Origin: Dehalococcoidia bacterium
Lineage (GTDB): Bacteria; Chloroflexota; Dehalococcoidia; Lucifugimonadales; JAGWBF01
NCBI GenBank assembly: GCA_965224415.1
Contig: CBDCZB010000003.1
Span: forward strand, 380,807-444,806
Length of the DNA stretch: 64,000 bases
Reading direction: 5' to 3'
Both the position numbers and the translations under genes were made by a program. Positions 9,606 through 19,447 of this stretch are shown piece after piece; the first letter of the stretch is position 1; each line of letters begins with the position of its first letter. The notes under the pieces are model-generated. The model was not told the DNA's origin. It saw nothing but the letters and a program-made list of their open reading frames with translations, and ran no database searches.

Positions 9606-10247
9606 CTAGTCTCCAAGCCGGAAAGGGGGATACCTGTCTGTGGTCAGCAGGGCCATGTAAGCCGCGACCCTGAATCCCCACCGGCCTACTCCAACCACAA
9701 AGTCGAACATCCCTCTGGGATACGTTCCGGCTATCAGTATCGCCAGCCAAGCGAGGACCGTAACTATTATTGCAATCACACCGAGAACAGCTAGCGCCAC
9801 GTAGTGAGGGATAGCCAACAGCCACTTTACGATAGGCAAGAACCTGTTCAGCTCCTCTTGAGCGTTAGGGTATGGGATGTTGAGGTGGACGGATTGCTCT
9901 TCGTCTGTGGAAGGATACTCATCTCGCAGCAGAAAAAGGAACGAGCCTACCCGAGCGCTGAATCTCTGAAGTTCCAGATTCCAGTCGAACCACCAGCGAG
10001 GGTACTTTTGCCTGAACAAAAGCATCAGCAGCGTGGCAGCCCACACAACGCCACCCGCAAACAGAGGGGAGATGATCTCATCGATTGTCAGGTTGCCACT
10101 CGAAGAATAGCCGCTCACAAGGTCGATAACCACGAGTATTGGGATGACAAGGATTATCCTGAAGAGTGCGCTCAGCCTGTTCCTAGCGCCGTCAGGATAG
10201 TCCACACTATATTGGACCGGATACGTATCGCCCTGACCGTTCTCCAT
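9606..10247 (-). CDS. DUF4389 membrane protein
   Basis: Duplicated ..YPRWWFDW..DEYP / YPRGMFDF..TDRYPPF modules. Confidence 0.85.
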   Translation of the reverse strand: MENGQGDTYPVQYSVDYPDGARNRLSALFRIILVIPILVVIDLVSGYSSSGNLTIDEIISPLFAGGVVWAATLLMLLFRQKYPRWWFDWNLELQRFSARVGSFLFLLRDEYPSTDEEQSVHLNIPYPNAQEELNRFLPIVKWLLAIPHYVALAVLGVIAIIVTVLAWLAILIAGTYPRGMFDFVVGVGRWGFRVAAYMALLTTDRYPPFRLGD

Positions 10248-10477
10248 CGCATTCCTCCGAGAGATTTCGGTATTGCCCGGAGACAGCCGTCAGTAAAACA
10301 CCGCATCGTGGCTGAGTCAAGGACGAACCAACACCCGGTATGGGACATTTTCATTTCTCTCTCCGGCAAACCACTAATGCCCAATGGTCAGTTTTCCCAT
10401 ATGGCCATTTTCATGTGTGCATAGCGCGCAGGTGGTCTCATCATGACCTGAAAGGCATTCGGGTCGGAAAGCGTTGG

Positions 10478-10557
10478 ACCTCATGGTCAGTGAACGGGCC
10501 GTTGAGAACCACGGGCGGTTCCTGCTGGGCCACCCCCACGCCAACCCCATGGGGTAG
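10478..10557 (+). repeat. 80-bp direct repeat copy 2 (orphan 3' end of hydroxylase gene)
   Basis: Matches 7175-7254 with 3 substitutions. Confidence 0.92.
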
Positions 10558-10592
10558 AACCGTCCACTGCAACGACGAGCGACCGCGTATAC

Positions 10593-10630
10593 AAGCCACG
10601 GCCCCCGACTAAATCGGGGGCCGTGGCTTG
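10593..10630. terminator. Hairpin terminator AAGCCACGGCCCCCGA-CTAAA-TCGGGGGCCGTGGCTT
   Basis: 16-bp perfect stem downstream of aconitase and of repeat copy 2. Confidence 0.75.
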
Positions 10631-10658
10631 TCTAAGACTATTCGCAGATTATTGGAGT

Positions 10659-12935
10659 TTAGCCCCCACGCAGCAAGTTCAGCGCCGCGCCAGCCTTGAA
10701 CCACTCGATTTGGGTGGGGTTCATTGTCTGGAGCAGGTTAAGGTCCTCGGTCGTGCCGTCAGCGTGGTGCAGCCGGGCCGTGACGGGCTTGCCGGGGGCC
10801 AGGTCCTTCAGACCGATCAGGCTGATGCGGTCGGCTTCCTGCACCTTGTCATAGTCGGCGGCGTCCTCGAAGGTGAGGGGCAGCAAACCCTGCTTCTTCA
10901 GGTTGGTCTCATGGATGCGGGCGAAGGTTCGGGTGATGATGGCCGCTGCGCCCAATAGCCTGGGAGACATGGCTGCGTGTTCTCGGCTGCTCCCCTCGCC
11001 GTAGTTGTAGTCTCCAACCGCCACCCAGCGTTTGCCCTGGGCCTTGTAGTGGCGGGCGATCTGGGGTATGGGCTGGCCGGTCTCTCCCGTAAGCTGGTTG
11101 AGGCCCTCTCCCGACTTGTCAGTGTAGGAGTTGGTGGCCCCGAGGAACATGTTGTCGCTCAAGTTGTCCAGGTGGCCGCGGAACCTGAGCCAAGGCCCGG
11201 CTGGGGAGATGTGGTCGGTGGTGCATTTCCCCTTGGCCTTCAACAGGACCTGCAGCTCCAGGAAGTCCTCCCCGTCCCAGGGCTCGAAGGGTTCCAGCGC
11301 CTGCAGACGGTTGCTGGCGGGGTCTACGTGCACCTCCACCGAGTCCCCGTCCTCTTCGGGTTCCACGTACACGTCTGTTGCTTGCACAAAGCCTCCGGCG
11401 GGAATCTCCGGGGCCGACTTGGGCGGCTCCAGCTTGAAGGTTTCGCCGGAAGGAGCGGTTACTTCATCGGTAAGGGGATTGAACGAGAGGCGGCCCGCCA
11501 GGGAGTAGGCGATGACTATCTCAGGGCTGGTTATGAAAGCGGCGGTGTCGGCCCGGCCGTCGTTCCGACGGGGGAAGTTGCGGTTGAAGGAGGTGACGAT
11601 GGTGTTGGGCTGGCCGTCGGCCACGTCGTCTCGCTTCCACTGGCCGATGCAGGGCCCGCAGGCGTTTGCCAGGACGGTTGCGCCGATGTCTCCCAGGGAC
11701 TGCATTTGGCCGTCTCGCTCGATGGTGGCCCGAATCTGTTCGGAACCCGGAGTCACGAGCAGGGGAATGTTCACCGAGAAACCTCTTGCCTTGGCCTGCT
11801 CGGCCACGTCGGCGGCCCTGGACATGTCCTCGTAGGACGAGTTGGTGCAGCTTCCAATAAGGCAGTCGGATATGTGGTCGACATACCCCTTTTCCTGCAC
11901 CTCTTTGGCCATTTGGGATATGGGCCGGGCGAGGTCCGGGGTGTGGGGTCCCACAACTTGGGGTTCCAGGCTGGACAGGTCTATCTCCACCACCCTGTGA
12001 TAGTAGCTCTCCGGGTCCTGCACCGCCTCGTCGTCGGCTGCCAGCAGGCTGCGGTTCGCCTCTGCCAGGTCGGCCAAAGCTCCCCGTTGGGTGGCCCTGA
12101 GATAGGTGGCCATGCGGCTGTCAAAGGGGAACACGGAGCAGGTTGCCCCTAATTCGGCTCCCATGTTGGTGATGGTGGCTTTGCCTGTGCAGCTTATGGA
12201 CTCGGCTCCTGGGCCGAAGTATTCGATGATGGCGTTGGTGCCCCCGGAGACCGTGAGGACTCCGGCCAGGTACAGGATGATGTCTTTAGGAGCCGTCCAT
12301 CCGCTCAACTCCCCGGTCAGGCGCACTCCGACGGAGGTGGGGTACTTCAGTTCCCAGGGAAGCCCAGCCATCACGTCGGCTCCGTCGGCTCCTCCCACTC
12401 CAATGGCCAGCATCCCCAGGCCGCCGGCGTTGGGGGTGTGGGAGTCGGTGCCTATCATTAACCCGCCCGGGAAGGCGTAGTTTTCGAGAACGACCTGGTG
12501 GATAATGCCTGCCCCAGGCTTCCAGAAACCCATTCCATACTTTCGGGCGGAGGACTCCAGGAAGTGGTAGACCTCGCTGTTCTCGTTGAGGGCGTCCTGG
12601 GTGTCCGCCCGGCCCTCGACACGCGCCTGGATCAAGTGGTCGCAATGTATCGTCGTGGGCACGGCGACCCTATTCCGTCCGGCCTGCATGAACTGGAGCA
12701 CCGCCATCTGGCCGGTCACGTCCTGGTGGGCCACACGGTCGGGCCGGAGCATGAGATAGCTGTCCCCCGCCGCCAATTCCTGGCTTTCGGGGTCGTCCAG
12801 GTGGCCGAGGAGAATCTTCTCGGCCAGATTGAGGGGCCTGCCCAGCTTCCGACGGGCCACGGCCAGGTTGGCTTCAACTGTCTTATATGCCGCTTCGACG
12901 AATTCGGGGGTGGAGTCTATAACGTTGGTTGTCAT
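10659..12935 (-). CDS. acnA: Aconitate hydratase (mitochondrial-like AcnA type)
   Basis: HCDHLI, GTDSHTPN, IGSCTNSS, ANACGPCIGQW, YGEGSSREHAA. Confidence 0.95.
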   Translation of the reverse strand: MTTNVIDSTPEFVEAAYKTVEANLAVARRKLGRPLNLAEKILLGHLDDPESQELAAGDSYLMLRPDRVAHQDVTGQMAVLQFMQAGRNRVAVPTTIHCDHLIQARVEGRADTQDALNENSEVYHFLESSARKYGMGFWKPGAGIIHQVVLENYAFPGGLMIGTDSHTPNAGGLGMLAIGVGGADGADVMAGLPWELKYPTSVGVRLTGELSGWTAPKDIILYLAGVLTVSGGTNAIIEYFGPGAESISCTGKATITNMGAELGATCSVFPFDSRMATYLRATQRGALADLAEANRSLLAADDEAVQDPESYYHRVVEIDLSSLEPQVVGPHTPDLARPISQMAKEVQEKGYVDHISDCLIGSCTNSSYEDMSRAADVAEQAKARGFSVNIPLLVTPGSEQIRATIERDGQMQSLGDIGATVLANACGPCIGQWKRDDVADGQPNTIVTSFNRNFPRRNDGRADTAAFITSPEIVIAYSLAGRLSFNPLTDEVTAPSGETFKLEPPKSAPEIPAGGFVQATDVYVEPEEDGDSVEVHVDPASNRLQALEPFEPWDGEDFLELQVLLKAKGKCTTDHISPAGPWLRFRGHLDNLSDNMFLGATNSYTDKSGEGLNQLTGETGQPIPQIARHYKAQGKRWVAVGDYNYGEGSSREHAAMSPRLLGAAAIITRTFARIHETNLKKQGLLPLTFEDAADYDKVQEADRISLIGLKDLAPGKPVTARLHHADGTTEDLNLLQTMNPTQIEWFKAGAALNLLRGG

Positions 12936-13000
12936 GCTTGGCCTCCGTCTATGGAATTGGATTTGGGAGTTGGCTTATTGCGCCGCCGGTCCCGTTATCA

Positions 13001-13441
13001 CTACAGTATCAGTCCATAGGTGCGTTTCTTGATGGCCAGGTTGACGAAGGTCTCGGTCCGGGTGATTCCTGATATGATGCCTATCTTCCCCCGGATGAAG
13101 TTGCCCAACTGCTCGGTGGACTCGACTCCCACCCAGGCGAATATGTCCCATGCCCCCGTGGTAATGGCGACGTAGTGGGCCTCGTCCAACGATGATATGG
13201 ACTCGGCCACTTCGTCGACCCGGCCCGGGGAAGTCTGCACTCCGATGAGGGCGGCAGTGGCATAGCCCATCTCCTCCAGGTTAGGCACCGCTATGACCTT
13301 GACCACCTCGTCTTCCATGAGGCGGCGCAGCCTTCGTCTCACCGTGCCCTCGCTGACGCCTACGTCCCGGGCTATCTTGGCGTTTGAGGCGCGTCCGTCA
13401 GCCTGAAGGAGGTTGATGATTCTGCCGTCCAGTTCATCCAT
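13001..13441 (-). CDS. Lrp/AsnC family transcriptional regulator
   Basis: MDELDGRIINLLQADGR..VSEGTVRRR HTH plus RAM domain. Confidence 0.93.
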   Translation of the reverse strand: MDELDGRIINLLQADGRASNAKIARDVGVSEGTVRRRLRRLMEDEVVKVIAVPNLEEMGYATAALIGVQTSPGRVDEVAESISSLDEAHYVAITTGAWDIFAWVGVESTEQLGNFIRGKIGIISGITRTETFVNLAIKKRTYGLIL

Positions 13442-13627
13442 AACCGTCGCTCCGGAATAGGGTATCGGGGAGATATGATAGAGTAGAGCAGTAATCAAGT
13501 CAATGGTTGACTATTTTCGGCGGCAACCGAGCGAAAACCATCGCTTTCATTCACGAATCAATTGTTCCTTGGCCTTGGCACGCCTTGCCGTCCGCCTAGG
13601 GTTCTAGTATATTTGAGGACTAAGAAT

Positions 13628-13719
13628 GGAGGGATCGCATAGTGGTCTAGTGCGGGCGCCTGCTAAGCGCTTAGCCTGAGAAATCGGGCTCATGGGTTCG
13701 AATCCCATTCCCTCCGCCA
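13628..13719 (+). tRNA. tRNA-Ser(GCT)
   Basis: GGAGGGA acceptor, anticodon loop CTGCTAA, long variable arm, GGTTCGAATCC, encoded CCA. Confidence 0.95.
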
Positions 13720-13760
13720 AGTCCAGGCCATTCTAGGCGCAAATCAGCCTACTGCATAGA

Positions 13761-13785
13761 ATCGGTTATCACTTACGGTATCACT
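13761..13785 (+). promoter_or_regulatory. Putative integrase arm-type binding repeats (attL side)
   Basis: ATCGGTTATCACTTACGGTATCACT, 23/25 identical to 47508-47532 next to integrase 2. Confidence 0.7.
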
Positions 13786-14074
13786 GTCGACGTTGATCGT
13801 CTGGGCTGCCCATGTGTATGGTGGTTGTGGGCGTCGGATTGCAGCCCCGACTCCCGCGTTTCTGAGAGAAGGCCCAGCGGTTAAGCATCCCCGCCGGGCC
13901 TTCTCTTTTGTCTCAGGCGTGGAAGGTTCTTACAGCCTAACATCAACCCTTCACAGAATCCACGGAGAGCGCATTTCAGGGGTACAGGTGGGTTTTCCCC
14001 GCGCCCGGTCAACGCCGGTCGGCTGCTGAGCCACGATCGGATTCTGAAACGGGTCTGCGTCCTGACCGGTTCGC

Positions 14075-14210
14075 ACCGCCGTGATGAACCTGCGGAGCAA
14101 GCTGGACGAGGACGCGGACAAGCCCACGCTCGCCTTCAAGGAGCCGCGCGTAGGATACCGGATGCCGAAGGGGGAGACGGAGGAAAGCGTGAGCGGCGTG
14201 GAAGGATAGG
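14075..14210 (+). pseudogene. C-terminal fragment of OmpR/KdpE-type winged-helix regulator
   Basis: Translates VMNLRSKLDEDADKPTLAFKEPRVGYRMP. Confidence 0.55.
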
Positions 14211-14225
14211 GCGAGCGCCGTTACC

Positions 14226-14770
14226 TGTAGGCCGTCAGCGAAAATGGGACAACAGAGGGGGTAGAAAAACCCGAGAGATTTGAGGTGGGGTCAGCTCCCT
14301 GTATGAGGTAGAGCGCTTCAGATAGAGGAGCCAAAGATGTCCCAGACAGAAACAGGTAAAACAGCGGCCGCCGATGAACGCACAGAGGCGGCCAGGTCCT
14401 TCGTCAGAACGGTTAAGGCTGCTACTCGGCGCAAGTACACCCCGGAAGAGAAGATTCGTATCGTGCTTGAGGGCTTCCGCCGCGAGATCACGGTGAGTGA
14501 TTTGTGCAGGCGGGAGGGCATCAAGCCTCACTCCCACTACTCGTGGACCAAGGAGTTTATGGAGGCAGGGAAGGAGAGGCTTACCCGCGACAGCGTGCGA
14601 GACGCCACTAGGCAGGAGGTCCATCAGCTCAAGCGGGAGAACGGGGAGCTAAAGCAGTTGGTCGCCGATCTGTCCCTTTAGGTATATCATCTCAAAAAAA
14701 CGTCCATACCAGTGCCTCAGGGCGCCGGCGGTATCAGCAGATGAGTGGCGCAGAGAAGGCGGAGGCGCGT
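14226..14770 (+). mobile_element. Truncated IS3-family element (orfA about 14338-14681 with premature stop, A7 slip site, orfB lost)
   Basis: RRKYTPEEKIRIVLEG..LCRREGI HTH; TG start; CTCAAAAAAACG. Confidence 0.8.
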
Positions 14771-14799
14771 ATGCCGAAGCCCAACGGCAAGGTGTACAG

Positions 14800-15098
14800 G
14801 TGATTGGTCCGTTGACTTGGCGGAAGGGGAAGAAACCTAGTCGGCGGTTGTGGGTCAAGGCAAGGCCAGCGGCCCTAGAACGTGCCGGGCGGCGGTGTCG
14901 GAATTGCGGGAAAGCGGGCCGTCTTGAGGGGGATAGCCCATGCACGAGGCTAAAACGCGCTGTGTGTACGCCCTAGACGCCTTGCAGACGTTGTGTGTTA
15001 GCTGTCATTGGGCTAAGACCGCGCGGGAGAACTCCGGCCCTGGCATGGGACGTTCGGCATGGCGGGCCGTCCCGGCTGAGCGCATGGTCGACGCCTAG
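14800..15098 (+). pseudogene. Phage-type HNH endonuclease, frameshifted
   Basis: Frame 1 ..RAGRRCRNCGKAGRLE; second frame LQTLCVSCHWAKTARE; the expected VDH segment is missing. Confidence 0.7.
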
Positions 15099-15174
15099 CG
15101 TCTATGCCTAGAGATGACATTCTCACGGCGGCGGCAGTGAGGTGGAATCGCCTTTACGTTGCGGGAGCGCCTAA

Positions 15175-15530
15175 ATGACACCGCTGGAGACCCTCGAAAA
15201 TCGTGCATCAGAGATACGCGCCAGCCTGTCCGAACTTGGCGGACTTGAGGACTTCACGGATGAGACGCGCGCCGAACTTGCCGCCTTGAGGCGGGAGCGC
15301 CAAGACAACGAATCCAAGCGGAACGCGCTCAGGACAGCTGGTGACGGGCCTACGCCGCCCGTAGAGACGCCCAACGACGGGGAAGGTGGAACACCACCCC
15401 GCCTGCGTCGATTGCTCCAACTGGGCAACATGGGCGCGATGGTGGACGGCGTCATCGACAAGCGTTCCAGCTGCGACGTGGCCAACGAGGAAATGCGCCA
15501 ACACTGCGGCTTGGCCCCCGGTGGCCCCCG
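15175..15530 (+). pseudogene. N-terminal fragment of probable HK97-type major capsid protein
   Basis: Coiled-coil delta-domain-like start (LENRASEIRASLSELGGL..), follows HNH, truncated by IS21 remnant. Confidence 0.5.
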
Positions 15531-15539
15531 GGCAGGTTC

Positions 15540-16265
15540 CCTGTCATGGCGGAGGCATGTTGGGCCACTGGGGCGGCACTGTTCAGGGAAAAGGTCCTCG
15601 CCAACTGGCCGGCATAAATGTCGGCGCCAATTGTTCAGGGAATTGCCCTGCTGACGGGCGGGTCAGCAGAAGACAGGCGGGAAGGTCCTGATGCTGCCTA
15701 TTCTTCGTGAGGCTCGTCTCGAGTTTGGGAGGCGGTTCCCTCTCTGCTGCGCCGGAGGCGGCAGCTGTCGCCGTTCATCTCCAGGATGTGGACGTGGTGG
15801 GTGAGGCGTTCCGACCCGAAGACCTGGGTCCGCTCGTCGAAGGGGAGGTTGGCGGTGACCAGGATGGAGCCCCGCTCGCAGCGCTGGCTGAAGACCTCGA
15901 AGAGCAGTTCCGCCCCGGTGGGGGACGAAGCCCAGCTCGTCGACGATGAGCAGGCTGAGGCGGGACAGCTGCCGCTGCAGGTTGAGCAGCCGTCTTTCAT
16001 CCCTGCCTGGCCTCCATCAGCTCGTGGACCAGGGCGGCGGCGGTGAATCCCACCGACATTCCCCGCTGGCAGGCGGCCAAGCCCAGCCCCAGGGCGACGT
16101 GGGTCTTGCCGGAGCCGCTGGCGCCGACGGCGATGACGTTCTCCCGCCTCTGGATGCATTCGCAGCGGGCCAGCTCCATCACCAGGGCCCTGTTCACCGA
16201 GGGGATGGCCATAAAGTCGAAGGCGTCCAGGCTCTTGGCAGCGGGGAAGCGGGCGCCGCGGCTCG
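15540..16265 (-). pseudogene. istB: IS21 IstB ATPase remnant with terminal repeats
   Basis: ARFPAAKSLDAFDF, GASGSGKTH, GAELLFEVFSQRCERGS, LTHHVHILEMNGDS; frameshifts and deletions. Confidence 0.85.
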
Positions 16266-16369
16266 CGTCGCGATGTTCCAACTCACTGCTGTTGCGGCCA
16301 GTGCATCCTCCGATGGTTTTGTCAGGGTCCTGCCGCATGTCTTCTGTGGTCCTCCTTCTCGCAGGAACA

Positions 16370-17106
16370 GGCCAAAGCTGCCGGAAGCGCTGGACGGACA
16401 AGTCGGCGCCGCCGCCGAAATGGTCTGACAGCTTCCTTCCCCCGTGGATGTCGCTGATCACACCCAGGGAGCCAACTGCCCAATCGGCGCTCAGTGCGAT
16501 GCGGTCAACGCTTCTACGTCCTTGGAAGACAAGCGCCGAGGAAGCGATTGTCGCGCCCGGCGGGAAGGCCCTCTGCAGCGACCGTTGAAGTTCAGGGCGT
16601 GCGCGGCTGTCCGGCCCGACAACCTGATTGAAATCCCCCATCACCATAAGACGCTTCGCGGAGGCTCGTGCGAGAACTTCGGTGAGACCGGCCAGATATT
16701 GTTCATGGTCTTCCCACTGCATCTTGCGTTCCAACTTGCGTCGGGCCTCAGTCCGTGACCTGAACCATGGAATGCAGACTCCGATGACTGCGGCCTCCCC
16801 CAGGGAGGTCTGTGTGACCCCGGACACGAACCGTCCGGGCGGCGTCGAATCGATTCCCAGGTCATTGACTTGCTCCCAAGGTTCTCTCGACCAGAGCATG
16901 ACCTTACGCCTGCCTTCTTTGATCGTGTATCCGTAGTCGGGCCGAGAACAGATGGCGTGCCCATCTTGAGACAGCGGCATGTTGTGGGTTTCGGTGAGGC
17001 AGACGACGTCGGGGGCATGTTGATTGATGCGACTTAGGATTTCATTGGTTCGCCGCGAGTTGGGCGCAGCCCACTCAACATTCCATGCAACCGCTCTCAG
17101 TGACAT
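16370..17106 (-). CDS. Endonuclease/exonuclease/phosphatase (EEP) family protein, reading through into the istB remnant
   Basis: WNVEW, DVVCLTE, MGDFNQ, LSDHFG; GGAG RBS before ATG 17106. Confidence 0.78.
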
Positions 17107-17264
17107 GGCTCCACCCTCTTCGCCTGCAATGCGGATCAACGAGTTGGACTCCCCGGAGGTCATCCGCAGGAGAGTCAGACAAAGCTTAGCAGACTTGCCG
17201 CTGCTGAGGAGCGGCTGCAGCGCCAGCGTGAACTTCAACGTGAAGGTTCTTGATTTTGTCCAGC

Positions 17265-18270
17265 CTTTAGGGGGCTTCCTTCCCCCCTTTAGAAAAACAC
17301 TCCCACTCTCTATATATAGATTCCGTCGCGTAAGCCCTTTTGAAAAAAGAATTATTTCCTGTCCACACTCTGGCGGACTCTCTCCAGCGTCCTCCCGCAA
17401 CCGCCGCAATGCAGGCGTCCTCATATGTGAGTTGATGACGCCGGCCCAGGCCCGCAGGATGCTTTTTAGGGCTGTCGGAGTCGACTTTAGGGGGGCTTCC
17501 TTTCCCCTTTAGAAAAACGGTCCCACTCTCTACATATAGATTCCGTCGCGTAAGCCCTTTTGAAAAAAGAATTATTTCCTGTCCAAACTCTGGCGGACTC
17601 TCTCCAGCGTCCTCCCACAACCGCCGCAATGCCGGCATGCTTATATGTGAGTTGATGACGCCGGCCCAGGCCCACAGGATGCTTTTTGCGGTCTGTCCCC
17701 GCGTGTACGCGGGTGCCGTTCCTGTGCTGCGCAATCCATGCCCAGTCCCGTTCCGAGTCCAGCAGCTCCACACTGATGGCCCAATGCCGTGCCTGGGGCG
17801 GAAACTCGCCTCTTGTTGTTGGGTCCTCGGCGTAAGTGCTCGCCCTGGCGCCCTTCCGGTCAAGACGCTCCTCCAGTTCACCGGCGCGGCGCAATTCACG
17901 ATGCATCTTGGGCCTATAGTCCCATAGGCAATTGCGCCTGAGGTCTCCAAGCCCTTCGTCGCCCTTGGAGCGCTCTGCTTCACTCGGCGTCAGGTCGGCC
18001 TCCCTCTCAAACTTGTCCTCTATAGGGCTGTCGGAGTCGCCTAAAGGGGGGCTTCCTTTCCCCCTTAGAAAAACACTCCCACTCTCTATAAATAGATTCC
18101 GTCGCGTAAGCCCTTTTTCGACTAACAAAATATTTCTGTCCACACTCTGGCGGACTCTCTCCAGCGTCCTCCCGCAACCGCCGCAATGCAGGCGTCCTCA
18201 TATGTGAGTTGATGAAGCCCGCCCAGGCCCGCAGGATGCTTTTTGCGGTCCACTCCCGCGTGTACGCGGG
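17265..18270. repeat. Three imperfect direct repeats of about 200-245 bp (17265-17467, 17468-17713, 18024-18270)
   Basis: Shared GGGGCTTCCTT..AGAAAAAC..AGATTCCGTCGCGTAAGCCC..CTCTGGCGGACTCTCTCCAGCG..CAGGATGCTTTTT. Confidence 0.92.
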
Positions 18271-18671
18271 AACCATGTTCGAGCGCTTATGGCGGCGCGC
18301 CGGGAACTCAGCATGTTTGAAGTTGTTGGAGCGGTGCGCCCGGTCCCACAGGGCGTGGCGCTTCCGCTTGGGATCGAAGGCGGAGCGTAGAGTTGCAGAC
18401 GGGGCCGTCAAAGAAGCCATCGACGATTATGCGCAGCCGACCGGCTGCTGCCTTGGTTCCGCGATCCGCCGACATGGAAGCGCTCCTCCAGGCCCCCGAA
18501 TCCCTGCGCCATGTCCCGCCCGAGTCGCCCCGCATCCGGACGACGGCCGCCCTCTCTCTGACAATGGATTCCAGCGCGACGGCCCTGTTTTACACTCGCA
18601 AAATCTTTGCGGTTGATCCCGTGCGTCTTGGACCGCGTCGCCAGGCCGCCGGCGCCTCGACGTGGAAATGC

Positions 18672-18756
18672 TGCAACAGGTGATAAGTATAAATTATCAC
18701 CTGTTGCATGCATGCCTGGCAGGCGTGCCACCTACCAACGATAAGTATAACTTATC
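18672..18756. promoter_or_regulatory. 15-bp perfect inverted repeat plus second copy of its core (operator/origin-like)
   Basis: TGCAACAGGTGATAA-N7-TTATCACCTGTTGCA; GATAAGTATAACTTATC at 18740. Confidence 0.6.
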
Positions 18757-19249
18757 ATGGGGTAACACATATTAAAACGTGATTTAAATAAGCTATAGTA
18801 ACGAATTAATGTTATCAGTCTTGACTCATCGCACTGAATGCTCTAACATATCTCTAACCGGCCAAACAAGCGACAGAACGAGCGTATGGCGTCTGAGGCC
18901 AACCGTCAGGTTCGAGGTCGAACACCCGCAAACGCCGCGAGGGCAGCGACTTGAAAAACGGCAGGAACCGAGGAAAACCGAAGAGCCCCGACGGGCATTT
19001 CTCAGACATGAGGGCGGCCGGGATCGACTTCAACCCCGGACCCGACGCCCCAGGAGCGGCTGCGCCGACTCCAAGCAGTCGCTCAGGCGGCGCAGGGGCG
19101 TCGAGCCCTGCGTGGGAGCCGTACGCTCGGAGGCTTGCGCATTCTCACGGGCGAGGGCGTTCAGACGACCCTCCGGGAGGACAAGCGCCGGATCCGGACC
19201 ACAGCGCCGGCGGCCCATTCTGCAGATCGGACCCAATGGATCAAGGAGC

Positions 19250-19441
19250 ATGAGAATGAACGACAGACTTCTGCGTCGTCAAGAGGTTGAGGAACTTACC
19301 GGATTGAGCCGCGCCTCGATCTACAGGTGGATGGACAGCGGGGAATTCCCTCGGTGCGTCAGGGTCGGCTCCAAGGCGGTCAGGTGGAAGGAAAGCGACA
19401 TCACCGCTTGGATACAGTCCTGGCCGCCGGCTGCGAGTTAG
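19250..19441 (+). CDS. AlpA family excisionase/regulator
   Basis: LLRRQEVEELTGLSRASIYRWM..FP..VRW; AAGGAG RBS. Confidence 0.9.
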   Translation: MRMNDRLLRRQEVEELTGLSRASIYRWMDSGEFPRCVRVGSKAVRWKESDITAWIQSWPPAAS

Positions 19442-19447
19442 CGCGGC

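Noticed and set aside
10593-10630. IscB omega-RNA-like first stem (CCCCGACTAAATCGGGG)
   Set aside because: No iscB or further RNA structure; position fits a terminator
10977-12152. Long antisense ORFs (also 3864-4979, 21104-22246, 48979-49872, 32782-33645)
   Set aside because: Shadows or alternate frames of well-supported GC-rich genes
17265-18270. CRISPR or TIGR-like array
   Set aside because: Units are about 200+ bp with no short-repeat/unique-spacer periodicity and no cas or tas gene; no CRISPR seen anywhere in the window
13720-19447. Second att copy of tRNA-Ala for integrase 1
   Set aside because: No duplicate of the tRNA-Ala 3' end found by eye; far end probably deleted
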